A DNA stretch of 64,000 bases from Mycoplasmatota bacterium (GTDB taxonomy: Bacteria; Bacillota_I; Bacilli_A; RF39; UBA660). This document shows positions 51,790 to 60,483 of this stretch, in pieces (position 1 is the first letter of the stretch; each line of letters begins with the position of its first letter). A program made the translations under genes and the position numbers. The notes below the pieces were generated by a model. It ran no database searches, was not told the DNA's origin, and worked only from the letters and a program-made list of their open reading frames with translations. The stretch spans positions 1,854 to 65,853 of the forward strand of contig JALFKQ010000003.1 of NCBI GenBank assembly GCA_022774645.1, given 5' to 3'.

Positions 51790-53442
51790 CTATATTTCTT
51801 GTATAACAGTTAAAATAACTGGTTTACATTGAGTTTCTTTATATAAATAAGCACCAACCTTTTCCCTAAGATCATTTCTTATTTTTACATAATCAGCATA
51901 TTTATTTGAAAATGTATTTTCTTTGATTACTTCAAGAGCTATTCTTTTAACTTCACCTATGATATCCATATTATCCTTAGCATAAATAAATCCTCTTGTC
52001 ATAACTTCTGGTTCAATAACAATAGTTTTATCCTTCTTACTAAGAGTACTTGAAATAACTACAAGACCATTACTACTTAAAAGTTCTCTATCTTTTAAAA
52101 CAAGTTCACCTACATCTTCAGAAAAATTACCATCGATTAATATATCATCAACAAAAACTCTATCAAAATTATCAACTAATTTTCCATCTACAAATGTAAC
52201 TATATCACCATTTTCTTTAAGTAATATATTTTCTTTTGGAATACCAACTTTATATGCCAAATTACCATTTTCAACCTGATATCTATATTCACCTTTAATA
52301 GGCATATAATATTTAGGATTAAATAACTTTATTAACATCATCAAATCTTCACTAGAAGCATGATGACGAACACTTTTATCTTTTGGAATTGGTACAATAT
52401 TAACACCTTTAATTGCAAGTTCATTCATTATTTTAACAAGTAATTTTTCATAAGCATCATAACTTGGCTCAGCAAAACAAATAGTATCTGTCTTAAGCAA
52501 ATTAATAAACTTATCATGACCATTAATAATTCTATTAATATTAGAATATGGTGTTTCCCTATCATTACTAATTAAAATAACAGTTTTTTCATCCTTTAAA
52601 TTAGTTAAATTACCAATCATATCCTCTTCAATATCTAAATAATTATTTTTAATACAAATAGAAACAATACTATGAAGTTCTTTTCCCATAATAACAACTT
52701 TTCTATTTTTACCCTTTAATGAATTAAATATTTCTTGAATAGTATAAATATGAAGCGGTAAAACAGTAAATATAATTCTGCCTTCAGCTTTATCTACAAC
52801 TTTTTTAAAGAAACCTTCAAGTTTATGATTAGGAGAAGTGTGCCCTTTCTTTTCAGCAAATACACTTTCAGCCATTAAACAAAGAACACCTTGCTTACCA
52901 ATATATGCTAATTTACCTAAATCCATATCATAATTTCCACTCATAGTTGGATCAATAACAAAATCAGCCATATATATAATAGCTCCGTCTTTAGTATTAA
53001 CAGAATATCCAAGTGTTTCTGGACTACTATGCGTCACACTAAATGGAAATACACTAAAATCATCATTAAAATCAATCTTCTTATGTGCTTTAATAGTATG
53101 TAAATTCTTTATTTCAATTTTATCTTCAATACATTCATATTTAATAATTTCACTAGTATAAGCAGATGCATAAACATTAATATCTGGTATTGCCTTAACT
53201 AAATCAGTAAGAGCTCCCATATTCTCTCTATGTGGATGGCTTATAAATACACCAACAATATCATTTTTATGCTCAACTAAATATGTAAAATCTGGTATAA
53301 CATAATCAACACCATACATTTTTTCTGGTGCATATTTCATACCACAATCAAATATTAATATTTTATCATTAACACTAACTAAATATAAATTTTTACCATT
53401 TTCATTAAGTCCACCTAAACTCATTATATTAATCTTACTCAT
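51790..53442 (-). CDS. rnjB: Ribonuclease J (J2-like)
   Basis: LGGLNENGKN, GVDYVIPDF; degenerate metal motif HPHRENMG. Confidence 0.85.
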   Translation of the reverse strand: MSKINIMSLGGLNENGKNLYLVSVNDKILIFDCGMKYAPEKMYGVDYVIPDFTYLVEHKNDIVGVFISHPHRENMGALTDLVKAIPDINVYASAYTSEIIKYECIEDKIEIKNLHTIKAHKKIDFNDDFSVFPFSVTHSSPETLGYSVNTKDGAIIYMADFVIDPTMSGNYDMDLGKLAYIGKQGVLCLMAESVFAEKKGHTSPNHKLEGFFKKVVDKAEGRIIFTVLPLHIYTIQEIFNSLKGKNRKVVIMGKELHSIVSICIKNNYLDIEEDMIGNLTNLKDEKTVILISNDRETPYSNINRIINGHDKFINLLKTDTICFAEPSYDAYEKLLVKIMNELAIKGVNIVPIPKDKSVRHHASSEDLMMLIKLFNPKYYMPIKGEYRYQVENGNLAYKVGIPKENILLKENGDIVTFVDGKLVDNFDRVFVDDILIDGNFSEDVGELVLKDRELLSSNGLVVISSTLSKKDKTIVIEPEVMTRGFIYAKDNMDIIGEVKRIALEVIKENTFSNKYADYVKIRNDLREKVGAYLYKETQCKPVILTVIQEI

Positions 53443-53535
53443 AATATCACGCTCCTCAAATAAAAGTTTAAATGCTATAAAGAATATACCACAAAATAAA
53501 AAAAAATGCTAGTCCTAGCATTTTATTAAAAAGAA

Positions 53536-53745
53536 CTAATTCTCTTTAACAACAATTAATCCTTTATCAATCTCTTCTAAAGCTCTACCTATTTCTTTTT
53601 TAGAAACATATTCACTTTCAGGCATTTGAAAATGTTTATGTTCTTTCATAACCTTTGCTCTATCAGCTACGATATGAACAAGTTTATACTTAGAATCAAT
53701 AATATTTAGTAGTTTATCAATTGAAGGATATATCACTTTTACCAT
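53536..53745 (-). CDS. rpoZ: RNA polymerase omega subunit
   Basis: YPSIDKLL..IDSKYKLV...RA and ALEEI motifs. Confidence 0.93.
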   Translation of the reverse strand: MVKVIYPSIDKLLNIIDSKYKLVHIVADRAKVMKEHKHFQMPESEYVSKKEIGRALEEIDKGLIVVKEN

Positions 53746-53817
53746 CTCCCTATATTAATAATATAACCAATTTATAATAACTAGACAACTAATATAAAAA
53801 AAATTGACATATTTATG

Positions 53818-54771
53818 TCAACTATTTTTATCTTCAATTTTAAGACCTTGAATTTCATAATTATAATCTCTCACAAGTAAATCTAAATGTTTAGCAGAAT
53901 CATCATCAAATATAATACCCAACTTCAATATACTACCATATTTATAATAAAACATATATTTTATTTTCATATTATATTCTTTACTTATATTACCATTACC
54001 CACTTTATATAAATAATTATCATTAGATACAAAATAATCTTTTAATATATACTTAACTTTAAATAAAGAATCAGTATTATCAACTATTAAACTATTATCA
54101 TTCTTAACATATACATTATCATCAAAATGATAAACAATATCATAATATTCTTTATCCACTACTTCTTTATAAATAGCACCATTTATTATAAAATATTCGA
54201 TATTATTGATATCTTCACCAACTAGCAACTCATATATAGAGTTATTAGGATTAATATAAGTTGTTTTAATTTTCTTAAAAGAAACTATTTTTTTATCCGT
54301 CTTAATAATAGAAAAATTATTATTAAGATTTAACATTATACTTTCTACTTCTTCATTTTTTTCATATCTATAATAAGAAAAATAAATTTTATTATCGCTA
54401 GTTAAAAGATATACATAAAATACTTCTTTATTAGTGTAAATATAATAATCAACAATATGTTTTATCTCTACTTCATAACTATTATCTAAATATTTAAATG
54501 AAGCAATACCATCAACAACATCAATATATAAGTTTTTATCATTATCAATATAATTTTCATCATCTTTTGTAAGTATCGTGTACCCTTTATCAAACTCAAT
54601 ATAATCATCTAAATTTACTTCAGTATATCCCCTACTAACAAGTTCATTATAGTTTTTACCTTTATCCTGAACCTCTGTATCACTATCAAAAACGAGTTTA
54701 TTAATAAAAGTACCAATCAATACTAAAACTAAACAAAATATTAAAGTAAAAATTGTTTTCTTATTTTCCAT
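53818..54771 (-). CDS. Hypothetical membrane-anchored extracellular protein
   Basis: N-terminal TM, Tyr/Asn-rich beta-type sequence; GAGGT RBS before ATG 54771. Confidence 0.7.
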   Translation of the reverse strand: MENKKTIFTLIFCLVLVLIGTFINKLVFDSDTEVQDKGKNYNELVSRGYTEVNLDDYIEFDKGYTILTKDDENYIDNDKNLYIDVVDGIASFKYLDNSYEVEIKHIVDYYIYTNKEVFYVYLLTSDNKIYFSYYRYEKNEEVESIMLNLNNNFSIIKTDKKIVSFKKIKTTYINPNNSIYELLVGEDINNIEYFIINGAIYKEVVDKEYYDIVYHFDDNVYVKNDNSLIVDNTDSLFKVKYILKDYFVSNDNYLYKVGNGNISKEYNMKIKYMFYYKYGSILKLGIIFDDDSAKHLDLLVRDYNYEIQGLKIEDKNS

Positions 54772-54772
54772 T

Positions 54773-55102
54773 TTATACCTCACAATTAACCAAGTCAGAA
54801 TTTCTAATTCTATTACCCTTTTCTACCATCGTATTACTTTTAATACACTTTCCAACAACTAAATTCATTAAACAAATATAATCATCAGCAGATTCAAACT
54901 TCTTTACATCTAACATTTCACCAGTAATTATTGTTCCACTTACTATTGTATATTTAGTAACAGGACAACTAATATAACTAGTAGAATCATCAATTTTTTT
55001 ATTATAGGAATTCAAAGATAATATAAAACCTATTATTCCTAAAATTAAAAATAAAACTATTATTATTGACACAAATAAAATCTTATTATCTCTATTATTC
55101 AT
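54773..55102 (-). CDS. TM plus SAF-domain protein (CpaB/FlgA-like N-terminal domain)
   Basis: PVTKYTIVSGTIITGEML...VVGK.....VEKG..I..SDL pattern; ATG 55102 is 6 nt after a -10 box. Confidence 0.6.
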   Translation of the reverse strand: MNNRDNKILFVSIIIVLFLILGIIGFILSLNSYNKKIDDSTSYISCPVTKYTIVSGTIITGEMLDVKKFESADDYICLMNLVVGKCIKSNTMVEKGNRIRNSDLVNCEV

Positions 55103-55142
55103 ATTAAAATTGTAACATATATCAAACCAAAATAAAAGAGAG

Positions 55143-55652
55143 TTAACTCTCTTCAATAAAATTTTTGCTCTTATGTGGTTCATCAAATAACAATCCTGGA
55201 TAACCTTGTTGTCTTAATGCTTCATATGTCATTATTGCAACAGTGTTAGATAAATTTAAAGCTCTAACATTATCAGTCATTGGCATTCTCATACACCTAT
55301 CAATATATGGCTTTAATATTTGAGGTGGTATACCTGTACTTTCTTTTCCAAAAAAGAAATAATAATTTTTAGAACTATCACTATAATCAAAACTAGTATG
55401 AGGTTTATGTCCATATCTAGTTAAAAAATAATATTCTCCCTCATTTTTCTCAAAAAACTCATCTATATTTTCATATACAGTATAAATACACTTATCAATA
55501 TAATTTACACCAGCTCTTTTTATATACTTTTCATCTAAACTAAATCCTAATGGTTTAATCAAATGTAAATGAGAATTAGTTGCTACACAAGTTCTCATAA
55601 TATTACCAGTATTAGCTGGAATCTCAGGTTCAAATAATACAATATTTATCAT
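55143..55652 (-). CDS. trmL: tRNA (cytidine34-2'-O)-methyltransferase
   Basis: EPEIPANTGNI, FGKESTG and RALNLSN motifs. Confidence 0.96.
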   Translation of the reverse strand: MINIVLFEPEIPANTGNIMRTCVATNSHLHLIKPLGFSLDEKYIKRAGVNYIDKCIYTVYENIDEFFEKNEGEYYFLTRYGHKPHTSFDYSDSSKNYYFFFGKESTGIPPQILKPYIDRCMRMPMTDNVRALNLSNTVAIMTYEALRQQGYPGLLFDEPHKSKNFIEES

Positions 55653-55656
55653 AATA

Positions 55657-56820
55657 CTAACCTATACAAGATAAAATCTTTGAGTGAATATATTTATAAC
55701 CATTACTATTATAATGAAGACCATCAGAACTTAAATAATCTTTTACCCATTTATCATTTGATGCTGTAGAGTTAACATCACAATATGTAATATTACTCAC
55801 AGAAGAAATACAACTTTTCATAGAACTATTAAAACTATTAATACTAGCATTAGTTGCATTCCACTTAGTACTATCATTCATCGGATTAACAGAAACAACA
55901 TAAACTTTATGATTACTACCAATTGTATTAGCAAGAGATTTGTAACCTTCACAATACTTATTAACATTTCCCAAATCATTTACACCATAATTTAAAACAA
56001 TATTATAATTTCCTGTTGAATTCTTAAGTTTACTTTTTAAAGTACTCGTATGAGTAACAAAATCATTATAGTTTCCACCATCTTTAGCAATAACATTTTC
56101 ATTTGATCCAAGAGTACTTGCTAAACCATTTGTTCTAGAATCACCTAAATAATATGTTCCAGCCATAGTCTTTGACGAAGTTGTAGTTTTTTGTCCTGAA
56201 CTTCCATTACCAGAACCGTTTCCGTTACCTCCACCAGAATATCTAGTTGTTGTATTATTTCCATAATTTCCACCACCAGAATATCTAGTTGTTGTATTAT
56301 TATATCCACCATTTCCACTACTACCATTAGAACCATTAGATTCATCTATTAGCTTACCAATTTCATCTAACCTATCTTGATATTTTTTTTTTAGATCTTC
56401 ATCAGTAATTTTATTAATAGAACTTTGAGCTCTATCATAATCACTACGACTTAAATTACTTTTAGCTGAATCCATATATCTATTAGCATTTGAAGAATAA
56501 GCAGAATTTATTGTACTTTCATTAATATTAATACAATTTTTATAATCAGTATCTCCACCTGCAACTCTTATAATAAGCTCAACAAGTAAAGGAACAAAGA
56601 ATATTAAAACTGCTGCTATAATCTTATTAATAAGAACTTTTTTAGATTTAGCAAGTAAGTCCTCATTACCAGATTTAATAGTATTCATTAAAGTAATCAT
56701 ACCTGAAACAATTAAAATTATTGGAGCAGCTATTCTAAAAGCCATTATTATAACTTCAACAATTTGCAAAACTTCCAAAACTTCAGGTACATCACATAAA
56801 GATAAAATAAACATAAACAC
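55657..56820 (-). CDS. Two-TM pilin-like (TrbC/VirB2-type) domain fused to an SGNH/GDSL hydrolase
   Basis: RIAAPIILIV...KIIAAVLIFFVP hairpin; GDSRT, GVND and DGLH catalytic blocks; Gly/Asn/Thr linker. Confidence 0.75.
   Translation of the reverse strand: MFMFILSLCDVPEVLEVLQIVEVIIMAFRIAAPIILIVSGMITLMNTIKSGNEDLLAKSKKVLINKIIAAVLIFFVPLLVELIIRVAGGDTDYKNCININESTINSAYSSNANRYMDSAKSNLSRSDYDRAQSSINKITDEDLKKKYQDRLDEIGKLIDESNGSNGSSGNGGYNNTTTRYSGGGNYGNNTTTRYSGGGNGNGSGNGSSGQKTTTSSKTMAGTYYLGDSRTNGLASTLGSNENVIAKDGGNYNDFVTHTSTLKSKLKNSTGNYNIVLNYGVNDLGNVNKYCEGYKSLANTIGSNHKVYVVSVNPMNDSTKWNATNASINSFNSSMKSCISSVSNITYCDVNSTASNDKWVKDYLSSDGLHYNSNGYKYIHSKILSCIG
56231..56310. repeat. 42-bp tandem duplication (NNTTTRYSGGG) in the linker
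   Basis: ccaccagaatatctagttgttgtattatt at 56231 and 56273. Confidence 0.9.
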
Positions 56821-56828
56821 CTCTCCTT

Positions 56829-57686
56829 TTATATCTTTATTATTATAACACCAATTAATATTAAAATTGAAGCAATAATCTTTTGAATTAATTTATTTTT
56901 GTTTTTATTTATAATAAATTCATATATAGTATTTAATATAGCAGTCAAAGTTAATAAAGGAGCTATAACAGTAACATTACCAACTTCATATGCTTTAACA
57001 GAAGAAATCAACATCAAACACCAAGTAAATGCTGATAATAAAAATGTCTTCTTATCATATAAATCAAATTCTTTAACTAAATCTTTAACCTTATACTTTC
57101 CAAAAAGAAAAATCAATATTGATGGTAAAAATACAGTTAATATTGTATAAAAACCTATATTAAAATTATTAGAAATATTAACATTAATTAACATAGCTAC
57201 TGCAAAAAGAAAATTAGATATAAATGACATAATAAAGTATTTATTAATTTTAATCTTTCCTTTATCAAATGCAAGTAACAAGTTAGCAAATATAATAATT
57301 ATTGATCCTACTATCTTTTTTAAAATAATTTTTTCTTTTAAAAATATAAATCCCAATATTATCAAAAATACTGTAGATAATTGTTTTAACATACTAAATA
57401 CAGAAGGATCAAGTCCATATCTAGCTTCTATATTTAATCTATCAGTTACTGCATAAATCATAACAACAACAATCAATATTAAATATATGGTTATATCAGT
57501 AGGAATCGTAAATCTAAAAAATGGAATAAAAAATATAGAGAAAAATGCAGTAAATAATTCCAATAATATTGTTAAAAGACTAGCATCTTTCATATTTCTA
57601 TTAGATTTTTTAAAAGCTTGAGCAAAAATCACAGCTGATATCAAATATAATATAACCCAAAATTTCCAATCACAAAATATTTTCAT
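56829..57686 (-). CDS. EamA/DMT-family transporter
   Basis: About 10 TM segments, FLKEK motif, two-repeat DMT architecture. Confidence 0.85.
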   Translation of the reverse strand: MKIFCDWKFWVILYLISAVIFAQAFKKSNRNMKDASLLTILLELFTAFFSIFFIPFFRFTIPTDITIYLILIVVVMIYAVTDRLNIEARYGLDPSVFSMLKQLSTVFLIILGFIFLKEKIILKKIVGSIIIIFANLLLAFDKGKIKINKYFIMSFISNFLFAVAMLINVNISNNFNIGFYTILTVFLPSILIFLFGKYKVKDLVKEFDLYDKKTFLLSAFTWCLMLISSVKAYEVGNVTVIAPLLTLTAILNTIYEFIINKNKNKLIQKIIASILILIGVIIIKI

Positions 57687-57736
57687 AAAATTATTATAGC
57701 AAAAAAAAGTAAACTTTTAAATAGTTTACTTTCTAT

Positions 57737-59923
57737 TTATTGTGAGCAACAAGAATTACCAGTACAAACATAACCACCAAAACAATTGCTTCCACTAGTA
57801 CAAGTACATTGAGCAGCTAATGACATTGTTCTTGGTGCTACTCTTCTCCTTGATGTTCTTTTAGTTGTTTTTTTAGTTGTCTTTTTAGTCGTTTTCCTTG
57901 TTGTTGATTTTGTCGTTTTCTTTGTTGTTTTCTTTGTTGTTGCTTTTGTCGTTTTCTTTGTTGTAGCTTTTGTCGTAGCCTTTGTTGTTTTCTTTGTTGT
58001 AGTTGTAGCTTTTTTAGTTGTTGTTGTTCCACCGCTACTATAACAAGCACCTTGCCTCCAAATACATCCTGAATTTCTACAATCAGTAGAGTTCTTTATT
58101 GAACCACAACTTGTTGGTTTCTTTGTTGTTGTAGTAGTTTTCTTTGTTGTAGTTGTAGGTTTTTTAGTTGTTGTTGTTACTTTCTTTGTTGTAGTTGTAG
58201 ACTTTTTAGTTGTTGTTGTTACTTTCTTTGTAGTTGTTGTTGATCCACCAACATAACAAGCTCCTTGTCTCCAAATACATCCTGAATTTCTACAATCAGT
58301 AGAGTTCTTTATTGAACCACAACTTGTTGGTTTTTTAGTAGTTGTTGTTGTATGTGGTGTAGTTGATATTAAACCATTAACATAACAAGCTTGTTGCCTC
58401 CAAATACATCCTGGAGTACTCACACAAACACTAGAACTTCTTATTGAAGTACAACTTACTGGTTTTGGTGTTGTTGATTTTGGTGTTGTTGATTTTGGTG
58501 TTGTTGATTTTGGTGGTGTTGGTTTTGGTGGTGTTGGTTTTGGTGTTGTTGATTTTGGTGTTGTTGATTTTGGTGTTGTTGATTTTGGTGGTGTTGGTTT
58601 TGGTGGTGTTGGTTTTGGTGGTGTTGGTTTTGGTGGTGTTGGTTTTGGTGGTGTTGGTTCTGGTGTTACTGGTTTTGGTGTAGTAGTTCTATCAGTAGTA
58701 ACTTTATTACCAGTTGTTATTTCCCTAGTAGTTGTTGTTTGTTGTTTAATTGTTACTACAAACACTGCAGAAGCAGTAGATTCAGAATAATCATCCTCGG
58801 CAGTAACTGTTAATGTATAAGTCCCAATATTTGTTCCAGCTGCAACATATAAAGTATTAGCAGAAATACTAAAATTATCTGCACCAGTACCAGTTATAGT
58901 GTAAGTGTAAACTCCACTACCACCAGTTGCACCTGCTATATTAAAATTAATTTGATTAGAACTATAATATGCTTGAAAATTTTGGTTTGTTAAATTTATT
59001 GATTTTGCTAACCAGTGAGCATATATTGAATGATCATCATAATTAGTAATCTTCGTAGATGTCGTTAACTTAGTACCAGCATCAAGTTCTGTATACCAAC
59101 CATCAAAATCAAATCCATTTCTTATAGGTGTGCAATCTAAATTATAAGCATCTCCCATTTGATAACTATAACTATTAGGATTACATATACTTCCACCATT
59201 AGAATCAAATTCAACATTGAATATCTTAGATGCAAATGTAAATGAACAAGTAATATCTTTTCTTATATTACTGATTATCACATTATTTTCATTCCTTGAA
59301 TAACCAGACATATCACTACAAGTATCACTATCATATCCATATCCTGATTTTGGTTCTAAAGTTATTTTAGCTGAATCACCGGCATAAACAAAATTAGATT
59401 TAGTAGATACATTTCCATAATCAGGAGTAGTATTTTTAACAATAACATTATATTTCGGAATAAAAATCCAAGGATTATTGTAAGTACCATTTCCATAAAC
59501 TTTAGTATCTTCTTTAACTTGTTCAGTTACTTTAAGACCAGAATCACTAGAAATATCTTTATAATTTTCTTTAATATGTGTAATAACATAATTATAATTA
59601 TCCTTTTTAGAAGTTAAAGTCCAATATTCTTGACCTGATAACAAGTAAGAATTATTATTAATAAGAGTATACTTAAACTCAGTTAAACTAAGCATTCCTC
59701 CGTTTTTATATAAATTATTTGTAGATAATGTACCATTCTCATAACTAAATGGAACTATAAAACTTTTATCACTTTTAATAATATATTTACTATTATCATT
59801 AAACTTTTCAATATATTTATTAGCATAATCAGCAGATGAATTATAATTATTATTAATTTTAGCATCTATATTAGAAATTAAAAATAAACAGATTGAACAA
59901 AATAAAATTAATTTCTTTTTCAT
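57737..59923 (-). CDS. Secreted mucin-like protein: N-terminal globular domain, InlB-B/Flg_new repeat, Ig-like domain, Pro/Thr/Lys stalk, three Cys modules and a Cys-rich C-terminus
   Basis: Signal peptide; FDSNGG...PIRNGFDFDGWY...IYAHW; PTPPK/STTPK repeats; SCGSIKNSTDCRNSGCIWRQGACY. Confidence 0.8.
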   Translation of the reverse strand: MKKKLILFCSICLFLISNIDAKINNNYNSSADYANKYIEKFNDNSKYIIKSDKSFIVPFSYENGTLSTNNLYKNGGMLSLTEFKYTLINNNSYLLSGQEYWTLTSKKDNYNYVITHIKENYKDISSDSGLKVTEQVKEDTKVYGNGTYNNPWIFIPKYNVIVKNTTPDYGNVSTKSNFVYAGDSAKITLEPKSGYGYDSDTCSDMSGYSRNENNVIISNIRKDITCSFTFASKIFNVEFDSNGGSICNPNSYSYQMGDAYNLDCTPIRNGFDFDGWYTELDAGTKLTTSTKITNYDDHSIYAHWLAKSINLTNQNFQAYYSSNQINFNIAGATGGSGVYTYTITGTGADNFSISANTLYVAAGTNIGTYTLTVTAEDDYSESTASAVFVVTIKQQTTTTREITTGNKVTTDRTTTPKPVTPEPTPPKPTPPKPTPPKPTPPKPTPPKSTTPKSTTPKSTTPKPTPPKPTPPKSTTPKSTTPKSTTPKPVSCTSIRSSSVCVSTPGCIWRQQACYVNGLISTTPHTTTTTKKPTSCGSIKNSTDCRNSGCIWRQGACYVGGSTTTTKKVTTTTKKSTTTTKKVTTTTKKPTTTTKKTTTTTKKPTSCGSIKNSTDCRNSGCIWRQGACYSSGGTTTTKKATTTTKKTTKATTKATTKKTTKATTKKTTKKTTKSTTRKTTKKTTKKTTKRTSRRRVAPRTMSLAAQCTCTSGSNCFGGYVCTGNSCCSQ
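58040..58456. repeat. Three copies of a Cys-module coding unit (two near-identical, 213 bp apart)
   Basis: ataacaagc...ccaaatacatcctgaatttctacaatcagtagag at 58040 and 58253; diverged copy at 58382. Confidence 0.9.
58461..58685. repeat. 15-bp tandem repeat encoding PTPPK/STTPK (about 15 units)
   Basis: ggttttggtggtgtt and gattttggtgttgtt units. Confidence 0.95.
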
Positions 59924-60378
59924 TACTCCTCACCTCCAGAAATAATAAACTTAAATACTGTACTCTCACCATTATCATCAGTTTTAGAAATTAAAACATA
60001 GTTATCTTTATATTTTAAAAAATATTGACCACCAAACTTAGAAATTTCTGATTCCCCTTCTATATCCAATATTCTATCATCTTTAATAGAATATTGATGA
60101 AACTCACATTCATCACTTTTAATATAGCAAATTCTCATTTCATCTTCATAAAAATCAAATTTATAATTATCAAAATAGAACTCATTCGATTCAGAAGTTT
60201 CAGGATTAACATAAATGTATTTTTCAGATGTCCAAGTATATAGATAATTATCAGGTACTTCATTAGTATCATTACCAGGGTTTTTATTTCCTTTAGGCCA
60301 AAACCAAATAGCTAAAATAACAATTATTACTACAATTCCTATAATTAATATTTTTTTATTTTCATCACTATTATCCAT
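59923..60378 (-). CDS. Hypothetical single-TM protein, translationally coupled to the mucin-like gene
   Basis: N-terminal TM; TAATG overlap. Confidence 0.75.
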   Translation of the reverse strand: MDNSDENKKILIIGIVVIIVILAIWFWPKGNKNPGNDTNEVPDNYLYTWTSEKYIYVNPETSESNEFYFDNYKFDFYEDEMRICYIKSDECEFHQYSIKDDRILDIEGESEISKFGGQYFLKYKDNYVLISKTDDNGESTVFKFIISGGEE

Positions 60379-60483
60379 ACTATCACCTTAAAAAAAGTAT
60401 AACACAATAACAAAATATAATCAATATACTATCATAATAAAAAAATATTGTATATTTATAATTTAATAGATATAATAAAATAG

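Noticed and set aside
51790-53442. Degenerate active site of RNase J as a novelty
   Set aside because: Degenerate RNase J2 paralogues are well known in Bacilli
58461-58685. Possible CRISPR array
   Set aside because: Contiguous 15-bp coding repeats with no unique spacers and no cas genes
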